Assembly (NCBI GenBank): GCA_002633005.1
Contig: NMRA01000019.1
Span: 770,343 to 834,342 of the forward strand
Direction: 5' to 3'
DNA length: 64,000 nucleotides
Source: Phoronis australis
Taxonomy: Eukaryota; Animalia; Phoronida
The translations under genes and the position numbers were made by a program. Shown here piece by piece: positions 1 to 13,816 of this stretch (position 1 is the stretch's first letter; every line of letters starts with the position of its first letter). Under the pieces are notes generated by a model, which worked only from the letters and a program-made list of their open reading frames with translations, was not told the origin of the DNA and did not search any database.

Positions 1-59
1 AGCAAACTGCTTGCCAGTAGTCTTTGAACCGTGGACGCATCTGTACATTGATGGTTCTA

Positions 60-300
60 AGCATCTAGACGAAACTGGTCAATGTAGCTTGCGGAAAATA
101 TTATTTCATTTTCAAAAATAGTCCCTGCTCTTAAGAAACGAATGTATTTTCACTGTCCGGACTTCCATGCAAAAAGATTTGGCTCCAGCTCTTTGCTTTA
201 TGAAGGTGTGAAACTTTAAAATGATCTTCCAAATACGTTGAATAAATTGATAACGCAGACTGTCTCGAATCAGTTAAAAACATCCTTTACTATACGATTG
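60..300 (+). mobile_element. Degenerate 3' remnant of a non-LTR retrotransposon (CR1/L2-type ORF2 C-terminus)
   Basis: Reads RFGSSSLLYEGVKL*NDLPN around 175-237, matching the GxxSxxYxGxKLWNxLP motif at LINE ORF2 ends; contains a stop. Confidence 0.5.
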
Positions 301-689
301 GAAATCGTGAAACATGCAGATTACTTCTTTAGATTTTTAGGGTGATGAAACTCTAGATTAACTAAGTACTGTATGCTTTGACATGTTAGGTAGGAATCTA
401 TTGTTATGTAAGTAATGTATTGATTTTTCACAAAATTTTGTTTTAGGTTTAAATTTGTGATCGGCAACTAGTTGTTGAGCTAATGTTTATTGTTATATTT
501 CTCCGATTTAAAATACATTCTTTCTCTGCTCCATCTCGAGTACTCTACTAGTACTCAACTTTTACAGCTAAAGGGGCAATAAACCGGTGCGCCATCTGTT
601 GATTAGACTACTCGTCGTTAGAAAAGCGGGAAATGAGAATGGTTTCAAGGCTTGAGAAGAACTGACAATTCATCGCTTTACTTGAGACT

Positions 690-939
690 GGGCACATGGG
701 GTATTGAAAAGGCACATGGGGGTATTGCAAAGGCACATGGAGTATTGCAAAGGCACATAGAGTATTGCAAAGGCACATGGAGTATTGCAAAGGCACATGG
801 GGTATTGCAAAGGCCCATAAAGTATTGCAAAGGCACATGGAGTATTGCAAAGGCACATGGAGTATTGCAAAGGCACATGGGGGTATTGCAAAGGCACATA
901 GAGTATTGCAAAGGCACGTGGAGTACTGCAAAGGCACAT
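690..939. repeat. Minisatellite, ~12 copies of a 20-bp unit (GGAGTATTGCAAAGGCACAT)
   Basis: Direct tandem copies are visible; they explain the five overlapping repetitive ORFs at 608-995. Confidence 0.95.
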
Positions 940-1191
940 TTCATTCACCAGAAGGAAGTATAATAACTGGAATTGCTAATATTTTTGCAGTTTAGTAATT
1001 GAAAGTACTGCAAAATCTTGTGTCGAACTCTAAATAGGGAGGGCAAGCAATTTTCCAATAAAGTAGAAATTTGAGGTGGTTGGTAGCTATATATATGGTG
1101 TGCACACGATTCGTAGTTTAGTTGTTGACATTACTGCAAAAAACTTTGGTTCGATATCTTTTTGGGCGTCACATAGTATATGCATGTGTAT

Positions 1192-1441
1192 ACATGCGCG
1201 AACTCAGGGTGGCTAGGGGTGTCGAACGAGCCCCCCTCATTTGGCGAAGTGGGCAAAAAGGCCCACTTCTAAGAAACAAAAACTCCGAAAAAGTAGAAAA
1301 CGAGACAAACGTCCACTAAAAAGCCATGAACTATCAAAATTAGACGAATGTACAATTCAAAGCTGTGAATGCACGGTACCCCGTGAATCTTAGTATATAG
1401 GGTCCACGTTCTTAAAAAGTCGAGCTCCCCATATGTGCATG
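1192..1441. mobile_element. Degenerate MITE related to the element at 20708-20879
   Basis: CATGCGCG...GTGCATG ends; internal GGGCAAAAAGG-CC-C---T-AGAAACAAAA shared with the reverse complement of 20820-20850. Confidence 0.45.
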
Positions 1442-1659
1442 TGTATATATATTTATATGTAGATTTACATATATATGTACATATATATGTACATATATAC
1501 AGATTTTCTTCATTTGATCTCATGACTATCAGCCCAAAGTACAATATATAAACAAGTACACAGATGTGTTTTTCACACTGGTCACTAATACAAAAGTTGC
1601 TCCTCATTTTTACAAAGGCAGAGTTTGCAGATTTTACAACTGAGGTATCAGACGTACTT

Positions 1660-1800
1660 TACATTCTTAGGCAACAGTCGGATATAACGTGCCCGTATTT
1701 TGAGAACCTGAGTTTGATACCCGTTATTCAGTGGAGAAACTGGATATCGTAATTCGGGCACGTTATATATCCGACCATTACCCATTCAAATACAATGTAT
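1660..1800. mobile_element. Small palindromic non-autonomous element
   Basis: GTCGGATATAACGTGCCCG ... CGGGCACGTTATATATCCGAC inverted arms. Confidence 0.55.
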
Positions 1801-2080
1801 GCAAAGAAGGATTTGTCCACAGGCTTTCAGCTAAATACTCAGCTCTGATTTTAGAGAAAGCATCGCAAACTTATAAAAAGTAGAATTCACCTTTGCGAGC
1901 ACAGCCTACACATTATGTTCTCGTATCCAATGTTCAAATTACGACCAGTTTCTATTGCTAGTCTGTAGTTTGCACTGCGACGACGTTCAAAATTTTATAC
2001 AAAATACCTTGGAATATAAAATATTTTTCTAGTTCAAATACAGCCTTCTACTTTTCATGATCTTAACTACTTTAGAATTA

Positions 2081-2217
2081 CACGGGCGGCGCAGCACTGA
2101 AAAAAACTAGAAGGGGGGGCTAAAGCCCCTCCAGCTCTCTTGTGGTGCGCCGCCTATAGACCATGGGCGGCGCAGCACTGAAAAAAATTGGGGGCTATAG
2201 CCCCCTCCCAGCCCATG
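2081..2217. mobile_element. Tandem short GC-rich MITE units (family also at 22667-22816 and 23171-23251)
   Basis: CA(C/T)GGGCGGCGCAGCACTGAAAAAA...GGGGCTA-AGCCCC...GGTGCGCCGCCTAT; reverse-complement copy at 22667-22816. Confidence 0.7.
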
Positions 2218-3973
2218 CAGTATTGGACTGCCATCTTTGAAAATAACAATCCCCCAACACGCTGTAAGAAATATTTACAAACGACTCTTGACACACCACT
2301 CCACGTTTGCAGCCTAGACACACGTCAAAGAAGCCATACGTTAAGAAGTTGCGAACTGGACACGTGACTTGTCTGCTGGCTACAGGTAGAAACTCGGTGG
2401 AAAAACTTTGAAAATTGCGATCTGAAAATTACAGCGTTCAAGCAAACGTATTGGTCATTTTGTTATTAATCCTGTTATTAAGCAGAACTTTGTAATACAA
2501 ACAATGTCCTCAATTTTGATTAAAATGTTAGTTGGAATCCTGTAATTTTAATAACTTTATCATTGGTAGTTACAGCAAACGATGAAGCGAACGATAATAC
2601 TTTTCACCATAAAAAGGATCGATTTGTGTAGTTCATCCGCAGACCTTGTCGATAATTTTGTCAATTTTGACAATCATTCCTGATCAGGTGGTGCCATTTT
2701 TAATTTACGAGGCTACTGCATACGTCCACATCCAGACACAAACTTTTGCTCTGGGAATCTGCTGAGTATCTGCATTGACTGGGACAGTTGAAGTTGAATG
2801 GAAATAGTTTGTATCCGTCATGAGGTCAAGGGGCACGCAAAGGGACATTTAATAGAAGATTGTCCGTTGTGACAGATTTCTATAATTTGCGTCCGCAAAT
2901 ATTTGTGAAGGCAGCGTGAATGGAATAGAGGACGATGCTTTTATAATCGATGTGTGTTTCGTAATAACGGCGATGGTAGAACATTCGAAATTTTGACACA
3001 ACTGTCACAAGCAAAGCCTGAGTCCGTTGTGACTACTGGTTGTAAATACTGGTAGCTTCCACAATGGAGTGCACGCGATTTTCAGTTACGTAATAGACAA
3101 ACTGCAAAATTTGAGGTCGATGTACCTTTTTATTGGTGATTAGTCAAATATATGCGAGTGATACCCTGATAGGAAGACAGATTTTCCCTTGTATTGCTCT
3201 TTTTGTTTTATGACCCCCAATTACATTTTCGCCAGAATATAAATAATAAAAAAGAAGACTGGTTTGCAATGAGACATACTGAGTGTCATTGAATATATTT
3301 CCCATAATTTTTATATGAATATTAAAAGATGTCTATCTTAAGTTTATTTAATGGAAGTCAATTAGTTCTTGAAGATAACATCGACATTTAAACTGTCATT
3401 TAGTATAACCACATATTGTCTTTGATGTTATCTTGACGCCAGACATTTTAAAACATTTCGAATTCAATAACAAGCTGAATATTCGTCACAGGGTATCTCA
3501 CGGGCACTTTGCGCTAATTGTCGTCAAAGTAAATGTAATTCACATTTCTCTGTACGACACACATAGTGACGTATTTGCACAATCGTGCTTTGTCTATGAA
3601 GGCGAAGTGTATGTCATTTCCTCATTCTATTCACAAGTATTTTGTCCATACAGTTGTATATGCATTCCATCATTAAACATAATTGAAAGCAAAGGATTGA
3701 GGTAGAGGTTACAGAGTAGTTCATCATTTGAATACGTCAATTGAATACTAAAACGGTATAATCGGTCACTTAACTTAACTGCACATAACAGATTTTTACA
3801 AATTCAAAAATAAACACCGACAGTTTCCTAGGAATCGTTCGTTTCTGAGAACAATTCTCTGCTGAAAATTCTGCCTACCCAATACCTTTCTTCATTGTGT
3901 GTCATTTGGAATTTCTGCAAGAAAACAAAAAATAGCAATATTGATTTTCAAGACATTGTTCATGAATTCTTAC

Positions 3974-4502
3974 TTGTTAGTCTTTCCTTCCTGTTTTCCA
4001 TCCAGGAATACGGGAACACAGGCTGCATAAGAGGTGCGCCGAATGGCGGGAACAAGCCGGGCTTGTGAGCGGGCACCCTCATGACAGCTCCCAGCCCTCC
4101 AAACATGAAACTTTGGGCCGTCTGCATAGGTGACGGAAAGCCATAGCCAGCTGCCAGCGACCGAGCAAACGATGTCTCCAGCGCCGCTCTATTCGGTGGT
4201 ATATCTTCTGAAGAGGTTTGAGGAAACGGTTGTGTTAAATGTAGCCTAGTCCTGTGAGCTTCCTCGCCGTCCTCGGATTCTTCGTCAGAAGCCTCGCTAT
4301 CTGATGAGCACTGTCCAAGTATATTACTTATGCCAAACGACAATTTCTTGCTGTTTGTTTCCGAGAGCATTTTTTTCGACGTTCGCATTCTCATAATTTC
4401 TTCTGGTGACTTTTTGCAGTCTCCATTGTTTTTATGTATTGTATTGTTTGCTTCCTGTATGATTATAGATCCATTAGACGTCGTATGAGAAGAATGCGAC
4501 AT
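3974..4502 (-). CDS. Tlx: T-cell leukemia homeobox (Tlx/Hox11/C15) protein, first coding exon; homeodomain exons not in window
   Basis: eh1 motif LSFGISNIL, Tlx-typical VMRVPAHKP (cf. VIRVPAHRP), hexapeptide-like FPYSWM followed by RKERLT; GTAAGA donor at 3973. Confidence 0.88.
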
Positions 4503-4656
4503 TTTACTAAGCCTATTTGTCCTTTCAGCAGTGACTTGGTTGTTTTCGCTCCAACGTTTAAGAACACCCTAAATAGCAGTCTAGAAGAAGTGTATGACAC
4601 TTCGATCCTTTTTTCTATCTGTCATCATCACCACTGGAGTGTCGTGTTAAAAGCAG

Positions 4657-4717
4657 TTTATAAACAATTCGCCAAAGCGTTATTTCCAAGTCGCACGAAA
4701 TGACGATCGCTGATTGG
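4657..4717 (-). promoter_or_regulatory. Putative Tlx core promoter: CCAAT box and TATA box
   Basis: Minus-strand CCAAT at 4717-4713 and TATAAA at 4662-4657, about 155 bp upstream of the ATG. Confidence 0.5.
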
Positions 4718-7700
4718 TTAAAAGGAAGGTCATTTTGTTGCACGGTTTTTTGAATTAGGTGAGAGAAATTACGCTACACGTTACTCTACTAAAATGTAGC
4801 ACTTATGCCATGGCATATATTTAGCGTTTACTCTTGTTTTGTAAAAATGGTTTTTGCAAAATATTTCTGTATATTTCTGTTTTCCATTACTCAGTGCTTC
4901 ATTATAATATCTGACCACGCCCTCATGGACGTTATTAGCAGTATGATGGATGCCAGACATGATTAGCAATTAAGGTCTTTAAGAAAACTATTTGTTCAAA
5001 GTCAGCTCTCGGAACGTCGGTGTAACCGATCGAGTTTAACAGATGGGTCGATACTTAAACAGCGCTCGTTAAATTGATTACATTAAAATTATTGTGTTTA
5101 ATAGTTTAATATTGCGCTATTGAGACACTAGTCATACAAGCGGATGATGCTAGAAAAATCAAATTAGAATGTTTTTAACATGATTAAAAACGAGCAGTGC
5201 CAAGTGGCTGGTTGATAAAAACAAAGAGGATGGCAGTTTCATACTCTATTAAGGTTAAAGGAGATTACGCCAAGGCATATGGTCAGAGAGTCTCAACGTG
5301 GAAGCGATATGAAGTGGTTATTGTAAAGAATCTGAAGAGAACGTATTAAAACTGCTTTTAAAACAACTTGATGCTGAATGTAACAATCACACAAAGTAAT
5401 GTTAGGACGGGTATTTTAAGGCTTATTAATTTTTGAAAACTTTCAACTGGGAGACACTGCAACAACGATTTGCTGCCATGTGTTAAGATACGTTTACGAT
5501 ATCATTTTGCATGTGCAAAATTTTGAAGAAAAAGACATTTTTCTGTTTAAAAGTTAGATGCAACTGAGGCAGGCCTGCTTGTATTCCACACTGAACATTC
5601 AAACGTGCGTAAAACAACTGAAGTTTAGTACCACGTTTGAGTAAATACCCGAACCAGTAGTCTTAAAATAAATGAAACCTGGCTTATATCATTTAGCTCA
5701 CCATTTTGTCTTTCGCACGTTCACACTCTCTCTGTCTCAGCGCGGAGGGTCTCATGCGTTCTTGCTGTGTCTATCAGCTTGAGCTGTTTGTATACAAGAA
5801 GACATTGTCCAGAAATGGCATTTCACTCGTATGTCTGTGAAGGAGCTGTCTTTAATTTAGGCTATAGACGTATTCATTTAATTTAATCAGTTTCTGTTCT
5901 TTGTAGCTAATTCATCAACATTTACAAGAACAAACACGAAAGTCCCTTATCGACGTCTTCTGTCTTGAGAGTTAAAAACGTTTAAGATTGCGAAGAAAAT
6001 GATAGCGGTCACAAAATCTAACGTTCATTAGTCGTAATAAAAGAACTCACAGTGGTCTTTCTGGTTTTCAAAACAAATTTAATACATTTTGTCGTTTATT
6101 GGTTTTATCATTTTGAAAGAAAATCACGGAGTGTTGAGAAAGTTATTCATAGCTTTATGCTCTTTATTTAACGAGGTGGCTTGTTGGTACACAGTTTAAA
6201 ATATCTATTATTACAAATTTACTTCGTTTAAGTGTATTTCAGTGTTGTTCAAAATTTTTGAAACACTTCAGTTGCTTTCACAATCAGATAACGGGAACTG
6301 AAATGTAAAACGTATGCTGTTAAATGTTGCTGAAACACTGCCATTGCCGCAGCTCAGTATACTTTGTCGTCTATTTACAGTGATGTAAACACGTCTCAAA
6401 GATAAGTTACTTAGCGGAAATGCTGCGTTAATAAAACTTAAATCGATGCCGCGTCTTGATAGTGTCACAAGCAGTTGAAGTTCTATAACGGACCAGGCGA
6501 CCGTTCCGGCTATTTGAAAACTTACTCATAGACGTGTTACGTATTTTACGAAGACATCGTTGACATGCGCAGTGAAAGAGTGACGTCACTGGCCTTATTG
6601 CTTTCTCTTTAGATTCAATTGCAGATAAAATGAAAGAATGCACCGGCGCACATAATTTCGATCAACACTTCATGAAGTTCACAAAGGTCATCAACTAGGA
6701 TCTCCCTGATGTTAACAATATTCAGTTACGCTCGCTCAAATTTTTACCGACAAAGCTGTTTCACACCAAGTAATGTCACGCGCCCGCTTGTATTGTTTTC
6801 CTATTTGTCCGACATGGTGACCCAATATCCAATGCGTGCGTTCGAAACTTTTCAGTTATCAAGCTTCAAAAAATGCAATTTACAAATTTTAGAAGGCTAT
6901 TGCCCATCAGTTATCGCTTGACACCATCCAAAAGAACTTATTTAAGTTGCTTTTTTAATAATCGCCAAGATCGTCTGTTTATGCTTTCGCTCAAGTATCC
7001 TGCATTTTAACCACCTGTACTGCCTCGTTTACAGTAAAAAATCTCTTATTTTCTGGTTTGGAAGGCCAGGATAACAAAGAATTGTCGTGGCAGTAAGCGT
7101 CAACTTCAAAACCGTGACTCCTATCAAGTAGCGTTATCATGGATGTTTAGTTTGGATAGTTATGTTTGTTAATCACTTGTCAAATTTGACTTTGAATACT
7201 AAAACAATTTTAAGAAATGAACATTTTGGTCTTCTTTTCTCATTCAAGGTTGTCAAAATAATTAGTTCACGTCTAGTACCATGTTGAATAGGTGCGCCGC
7301 ATGAATTCGTAGTAGCACAAAAACCATCACGAACAAATAATACATGCATATTTTAAATGACTGAAAGTTAAAGCATCGAAGGATAGATATAATTACCACT
7401 TTTTCGTGACAGGTTGTCGGTCAACCCACTTTAGGTGTCCGACCATACCGTACTTACCAACTCCTCATGTACAGGGTGTCAATGCTAAACCAGATCCATC
7501 ATGTTTACTTTAATAGACTCGGCGGACATTGATCATCATTACGTTACAGTTGACATCATTGAAATTGGATCCGCCATTAACGTGTCCATTTTATTGCGAA
7601 AACTATTGCTACAGACGTCGTTGTCTTTATAATTTTCGATTCGCATGATACAGTCGATGGTTGGTACTTGTTTATTGACATTCTAGCGTTGCTCTCATTA

Positions 7701-8529
7701 CGTCTACCAATACCCTCGCCGCATCTTCTAGTGGTAAATATTGTTGGAGTTCTGTTTATCCGAGTTCATTCCAGTAATCCCATTTAAATTATTCTGCCAT
7801 AGGAATAAGCAACCAAGTAAATTTCGGATATGAAGAAATTGTTCACATACGCCAAACTGTGAGAAAGCGCCACGGCCCAAAGTGAACAGATGCGATTTCG
7901 CTTAAATAATCTCTTAAAGTGACATAATCGACGAGAAAACTGGATTTCTGAGATCAGTCCCAACTCACCACCTCAGCGGTCGAGGAGTTAAATCCCACCC
8001 ATAAATAGCAGAGTATTGTAAGCGCATTTAAGTGGTAAAATCAATGGCCGATTTGTAATAAAATCACCAAGCACACTCTTGTCAAAGATAATAACTAAAA
8101 ATCCCACTGAACAGTATTCCCAAAACTGCGTTTTTCGGCCGTAAAACCGATAAATGTGCCTTTTAGTAAGCGGCCTAGCCATTCACATTGTCAAACAAAC
8201 TTAAAATTATTATTGGAATGAAATGTGTTAAAATGCACGTATTTCAGTTTCTATGGAAGCTTTCGAGCTGGTTCAGAGGCTGACTTTGATCAGAAGAAAC
8301 AAAATAGTGTTATGGCTTTACACTATTTTGTCGGAAGCTTTGGCGCTGACAGAGGGTGATTTTGAACAGAAGGTACGAAATAGTTTTATGGCTCTGTACT
8401 ATTTCGTCGGGTGCTGTGACTTCCGCTTGATGTGTTCTCGAATTTGTAGAATATTTACAATTTTGCTACATTTCTCTCTCCGGAAACTGCCCTCGTTGTT
8501 ACAATTGCATCACGGTCAACTAGCCTCAG

Positions 8530-8930
8530 GGCCTGGTTTCTAATCTTTGTACTCGAAACGAACTCGAAACTATTTTTGGCAATTTCTCTGCTCCTTTTGT
8601 GCTAACGTAAGATAATTGGTTATCAGAATGTGCTCGAATACATTATAGTTTATGCATAGGCGTTTCTAGTTTAAGTTTGCCCTTGAAGACCCTTATATTT
8701 GTGCTACAAACTCGAGTAAAAACTCGAAATTTCGAGTTCAAACTCGAACTTATTGCTTTAATATTGGGTTTACAAACTGTGAACTAAGGGCAATAAATTA
8801 TCTACGTAAGTTATTGTGTACTCGAGCATAGAATAATAGCCACTTATCTTGAGTTCGCCCAAAAGTAGAGTAGAAAATGCCAAACCTAATTTCGAGTTCC
8901 ATTTCAAGTAAAAAGATTGGAGACCGGGCC
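8530..8930. mobile_element. PIF/Harbinger-like MITE
   Basis: TIRs GGCCTGGTTTCTAATCTTT / AAAGATTGGAGACCGGGCC with a CAG duplication on both flanks (8527-8529, 8931-8933). Confidence 0.75.
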
Positions 8931-10370
8931 CAGAGTTATTTTGGACAGATGTAACATAGTCATGATTGTTTGACCACACACATTATCTCCACGCTCGATG
9001 ACCAATCGGTGTCTTTTCATGGTCAAACCACATCATCAGCGGTGTCATCTTGTCTGTTTGTGCAATAAATATTCGTGTATTTTGGTAAATTTGCATCCTC
9101 GAAAAAGTTGACGCAGCAAAAAGGTCTCTGTTGTGCAGAAAAGATTTCCACCGATGTATTTTTTCGCAGCGAAAAAGTTTCCGCGTGAGATAAACGTTTT
9201 TGCTATGGCGAAATGATTGCTTTCTTTCGTCTTTTTCGGAGGCGGATTTTTTTCCAGCTGACATATAAACGGTTCACAAATGTGTTTAAGAATGAAATGT
9301 TTAACGTTGGACCAACGAGATGGCTTTAGTTAAAATAAACATTTCGTACGTACACATCTCGGCATTTGAATCCTTATACAACTTCTTCACCCAATTAATT
9401 TCCATGGAAAACCTTTTTAACGTGCCTGGCATCAGTTCGATATCTATCATAACACCTGTTTAAGTCAGCTATAGGAAATGGCAATAAGAAATGAAAACCA
9501 ACCATTACCGGTTTAAAGACATGCTAATGGTATATTTGACAGATTGAATATTTTTTAATCTGAAGAAAATTTTGCCATTTCCTATGGCACCTGGTACGGA
9601 AGTGCGTTGGTACATTTCACCTTTCTAAGCAGGCCGGGCTCCTAATTGTTACTTGCGTAATGTTTGGTGTTATGAATGATAATAATTGATAACGCATTTA
9701 TTTCCACAATTTAAATTTATTTCTTAGAAGTGTGAGAAGGAATGCGTTTATTATTAATTTTTTAGTTCCTGTGCCAATTTAGAAATGATAAGCTATTTTT
9801 GTTCTCTTTCAACCCTAGTAAGTTTTTCAAGTTTTTCTTTCCCTTATGAAACAGATTTTATTTTAGAGTCGAATAAAGTTACTGCACTAAAATTTTGTTC
9901 TAAGGTACAAAAATTTTACTCTTTAGCTTTTAGGATTTTTCGAAAGCCTAAGTTAATTTTTAGTTTTGAGAAAGGCAGAACTCTGATTTTCTTTGTAAAA
10001 AGTGTTTTGACTCTGAATACATATATGCTTATTCTGACTGCTCCATTTCAAAATACGAGTGAACGTATTAAAATTGACTATTTTTTAAAATTGGCTATAT
10101 TTCCGAAATGCCTCGCTATGAATGTATTAAAGCGCAACTTACATAACAGGCTTAACAATCGTTCATAATCAGCCTGACTTTAATGTTACTAGCCAGCATT
10201 TAACGATGATCGAAGAGGTTAGAATACTTTAAAACGAAACCAATCAGCATTACATTTGATTTAGTGTGACAACTAAATTAAAATTCGGTAAATGCCGATT
10301 CGATCAGCACGTGCTCCAGTGTTGCGATGCATGGGCTAAATATTTTGATTATACAACATGACGTTTGTTG

Positions 10371-10373
<3 letters not shown>

Positions 10374-10415
<42 letters not shown>
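10374..10415. repeat. (TTA)n microsatellite
   Basis: Direct observation. Confidence 0.95.
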
Positions 10416-10416
<1 letters not shown>

Positions 10417-12574
10417 CCTTTTCATTCATAATGGTATTATAATTATCGTGGTTGTTGTTTTTGTTGTCATTACTAAACAAGGCATAAACATAAAAGCTAT
10501 GTAAAAACGGGAGCCTTTATCACATTATTGAAACAACTGATATATTTGTCACCAATTGGAGTTATTTGATGTTTTGAATAAATAAAAAGGAGATAGTGTC
10601 GTTTAAATTTTGTTTGAGATACTCAGCGGATTTTTAAGGATGTCACCATGCGCACTCAACTGCACTAGTAATCAGGGTCAAACTAACTCCCCAATGCCGA
10701 ATGCATAATTGTTCGTGAATCCGACCTAAACGTTGACTGCTCATAACCTCGGCAGTTTAATCCACTGTCTATCGCAATTCTTAATTAAGATGTATGGCTC
10801 TCTCTTAATGAGGTCGTAATAGAGTTGTTATTAAAGATGATATTTTGAATAAATGGACTAATTTATCATGTGGTCGCGTATCGACAACTGTTGTGGTCAT
10901 GTTCAAATTGAAATCTAGAGTCTTCTCCATTTTTGGTTTACCGTTTGCGACTTGTTAAGATAAACCTGGAAGTGCCACAGTTCGCATCACTTCACCACAG
11001 AGTCACGTCAATCCTTTGAGCACAATGGCCTCTTCTTTATCGGTGGATATCTTGCTTTATGACACGGGAAAAGAGGTGTAATTCGACAGATGGCTTCCAA
11101 CTATTCAGATCAGTTTATGAAAGTATACTTGTTGATGATCAGCTATTATGACACTAAACTGACATTTCCCGGAGAGTTTATACGAACAGACCAGAAGGAA
11201 ATTGGTACTATTAACCACCAGTCACATCAAATTGTGAAGATGGTTTGTGCGCGATAGTCCAAGGCAACATTTCGCACAATACATGAAAAATTCCTCGAAT
11301 ACGGTGAGTGAAAATGTTATTGTAACACCTAATTTTCTACGCCGATGGCCCAATTTCCTAGTAAATAAAATGTGCAAAGAACAAAATTTATTTGAAAAAA
11401 TCAATCGACCACATTTCGACGGTCCAGTTATACTTGCTAGATAATTCAATCTGGTTTGAAGAGTCACTGCTTCTAAGAGATCGTACGCTGTCTTGAAAAT
11501 TTAGTGTCACAATATCAATTGTAGAAGCCCGGCATTTCAGGGTATCCAGTGCAAAAACAATGGCGTGTGACCTTAAAAAACCTGGTGGGAAGATTCGTAT
11601 TATAATTAACTATAACAGTCATTTCTTTATGCATCCAACTTTATCGTCACTTTTAAAGGAACAGATGTTTAAAATTGAGAACGGAACCTAAAATAAAGAA
11701 AACTACTGTACGTTGCTTCATTTTTTTTGTTCGAGCGAATTTTAAAAGGCCGAAAGATACCTCCATGATATAAAACAACCAAAACTATTAAAGGCATTAT
11801 ACCTTTCACAGTCGAGAAAAACAAAGGAAAAGGCTTTGATAGACATTTGTCATTATTAGCCTTGATTTGCAAATGCCCATTAATTGCACGGACCATTTTA
11901 TTCAATTTTTGACGATAAATTATTTGTCATTTCGCCTTTGCTATTACCATTCCGACGGAGCTTCAATGGTCATTTAGTTAACAGAAAACTCCATTATACG
12001 GACAAACGATTGTTCAACTCGCGTGCTCAGAGCACTTTGTTACTGCAAAACAGTGGTTAAGCATAGTTAGTGTGTTTAACAGCGTCTTGAGGTGTTACTC
12101 CATGCAATAATGTGTCCCGATGGAATTCAATTAACGGACAATCATTCAAACATTATGCAGTATAGTTGATGGGTCGCCCACTATTAGTTTATGAGCGCAA
12201 TATAATTAGCGCTTATAGCAGTCTGTTCGCTTATCTCGCATAAATAAGCGAGCACTGAAGAAATTTGATGACGAAACCACACGCCACTCAACAAGATGCA
12301 AAACATCAATTGCGAAATTATTGACAGTTAATTTTGGCTTGTTTATTTTCTTAAATAAATAGTGCATTGATCTGAGAAATTCTGTTATATGTTTGAGGGC
12401 TAAAGTTTTCTATTTCAAACTTGAGTCCCATATTTCAGCTGCCAGTAAAACAACAGTTACAACAATATACATCTTCATGTACGTTTTAAAACAGACCACG
12501 AAGTAGGGCGGACTTATTTGTGGTCAAAACTCTCAAATGGTATTCTCTTGTATTTGGGTATACATAAGCAGATG

Positions 12575-12896
12575 CAGAGTGTTCCATCGAAACAGAAACC
12601 CCGGTGTAAAACAGATATCCCGGAGTCGAAAACAGACTCCCGTACCTTCAAAACAGGTAACCAGCTCGAAAAACACGAAACCCGGCCTTTAAAATAGGAA
12701 TCCCGGAGATCGGACAGCAAACCGGGGCGGGGGGGGGGCAAAAAAATTGTCCGGGGTTTCCTGTACAATCCCCGGAGTTCCTGTTTTAAAGGTCGGGGTT
12801 CGTGTTTTTCGAATTGTTTTGAAGGTGCGGGAGTTTGTTTTTCGACTCCGGAATATCTGTTTTACACCGGGGTTCCTGTTTTGATGGAACACCCTG
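12575..12896. mobile_element. Young MITE with long TIRs and a 5-bp TSD (hAT5-like)
   Basis: CAGAGTGTTCCATC-AAACAG... / ...CTGTTTTGATGGAACACCCTG; AGATG at 12570-12574 and 12897-12901. Confidence 0.85.
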
Positions 12897-13015
12897 AGAT
12901 GGGACACTTCGGTATTTGATTTTTTTTAATAATATCGATCCAATTTCCGCGCTGGTCAACTGGTGTATATTTCTGCTAGGTAGTAATTACAGGATCAGTT
13001 TGGGTTGTGTCAATT

Positions 13016-13754
13016 TTATTTCTGGGAAACATTCATAAACACTTCAATCTCTTTGCTGTTACATTTGGTGCCTAAGCTGTACCGAATATCACTTTTAAAA
13101 GCATCCTTAAAGCATCCCTTTTTGATAAAATTCCAGGAATTTCGTTCATTTCCCTTGGTTTCCTTCGATATCCTGGGTTTCTTTCCCCCCGCTCTGTTTA
13201 CCCGGCGGCGACGTCGGCGCCTTGTGCTTGCGGAACTTGACTGTGAAGTACTTCCGTTGTCTTTGGATTTCGACGAGACTTTCGCTCGTCTCTGTCGTCG
13301 CTGTTTCTTCGTTACTGACTTACTCGTTCTTTGGCTCCTTTTCTTGAGTGGACTTCTGGAGGAGAATGGAGTTTTTCTCCTCTCGGACCAAGTAGAACCG
13401 CTCTTTGATTTGCGTTTCTTGCCCATTGATTTTCGAAATTTAACTCCTTGATTAGTGCCCTTGCTTGCACCAATTTTCCTACGCCTGTTTCTTGATCGTT
13501 TGGCGCGACCTTTTTCAGCCACCGGACTCGATGATAGCTTACTCTTGCCAGGTGACCTTGATTTACGGGATCTGCTACTTCGGCTTCTTTTTTTTGACGA
13601 TCTTCGACTGCGACTGCCACTGCGACTACCTGGAGTTTTCCCTCGGTTGTTCACGGGACACTCACCGCAACACTTCGACTCTTTTCCTTTGTGACAATAG
13701 CAGCCGCACTTGCGACAACGGTATGGATTATTTCCCCGTCTGCCAGATGACGAC
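13016..13754 (-). CDS. Basic Arg/Lys/Ser-rich, Cys-cluster protein (protamine-like candidate), exon 2
   Basis: Polypyrimidine TTTTTTCCCAG acceptor, phase 2; open for 246 codons; CRKCGCYCHKGKESKCCGEC then RS/KS/RRRR tracts. Confidence 0.72.
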
Positions 13755-13816
13755 CTGGGAAAAAAGGAGAGCTTGTTTTTTTGCTCAGAAAGTAATAAAA
13801 TTAACATCTACTACTA

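Noticed and set aside
608-995. Five overlapping repetitive ORFs / CRISPR-like array
   Set aside because: Contiguous 20-bp tandem units with no unique spacers, in a eukaryotic context; the ORFs are by-products of the repeat
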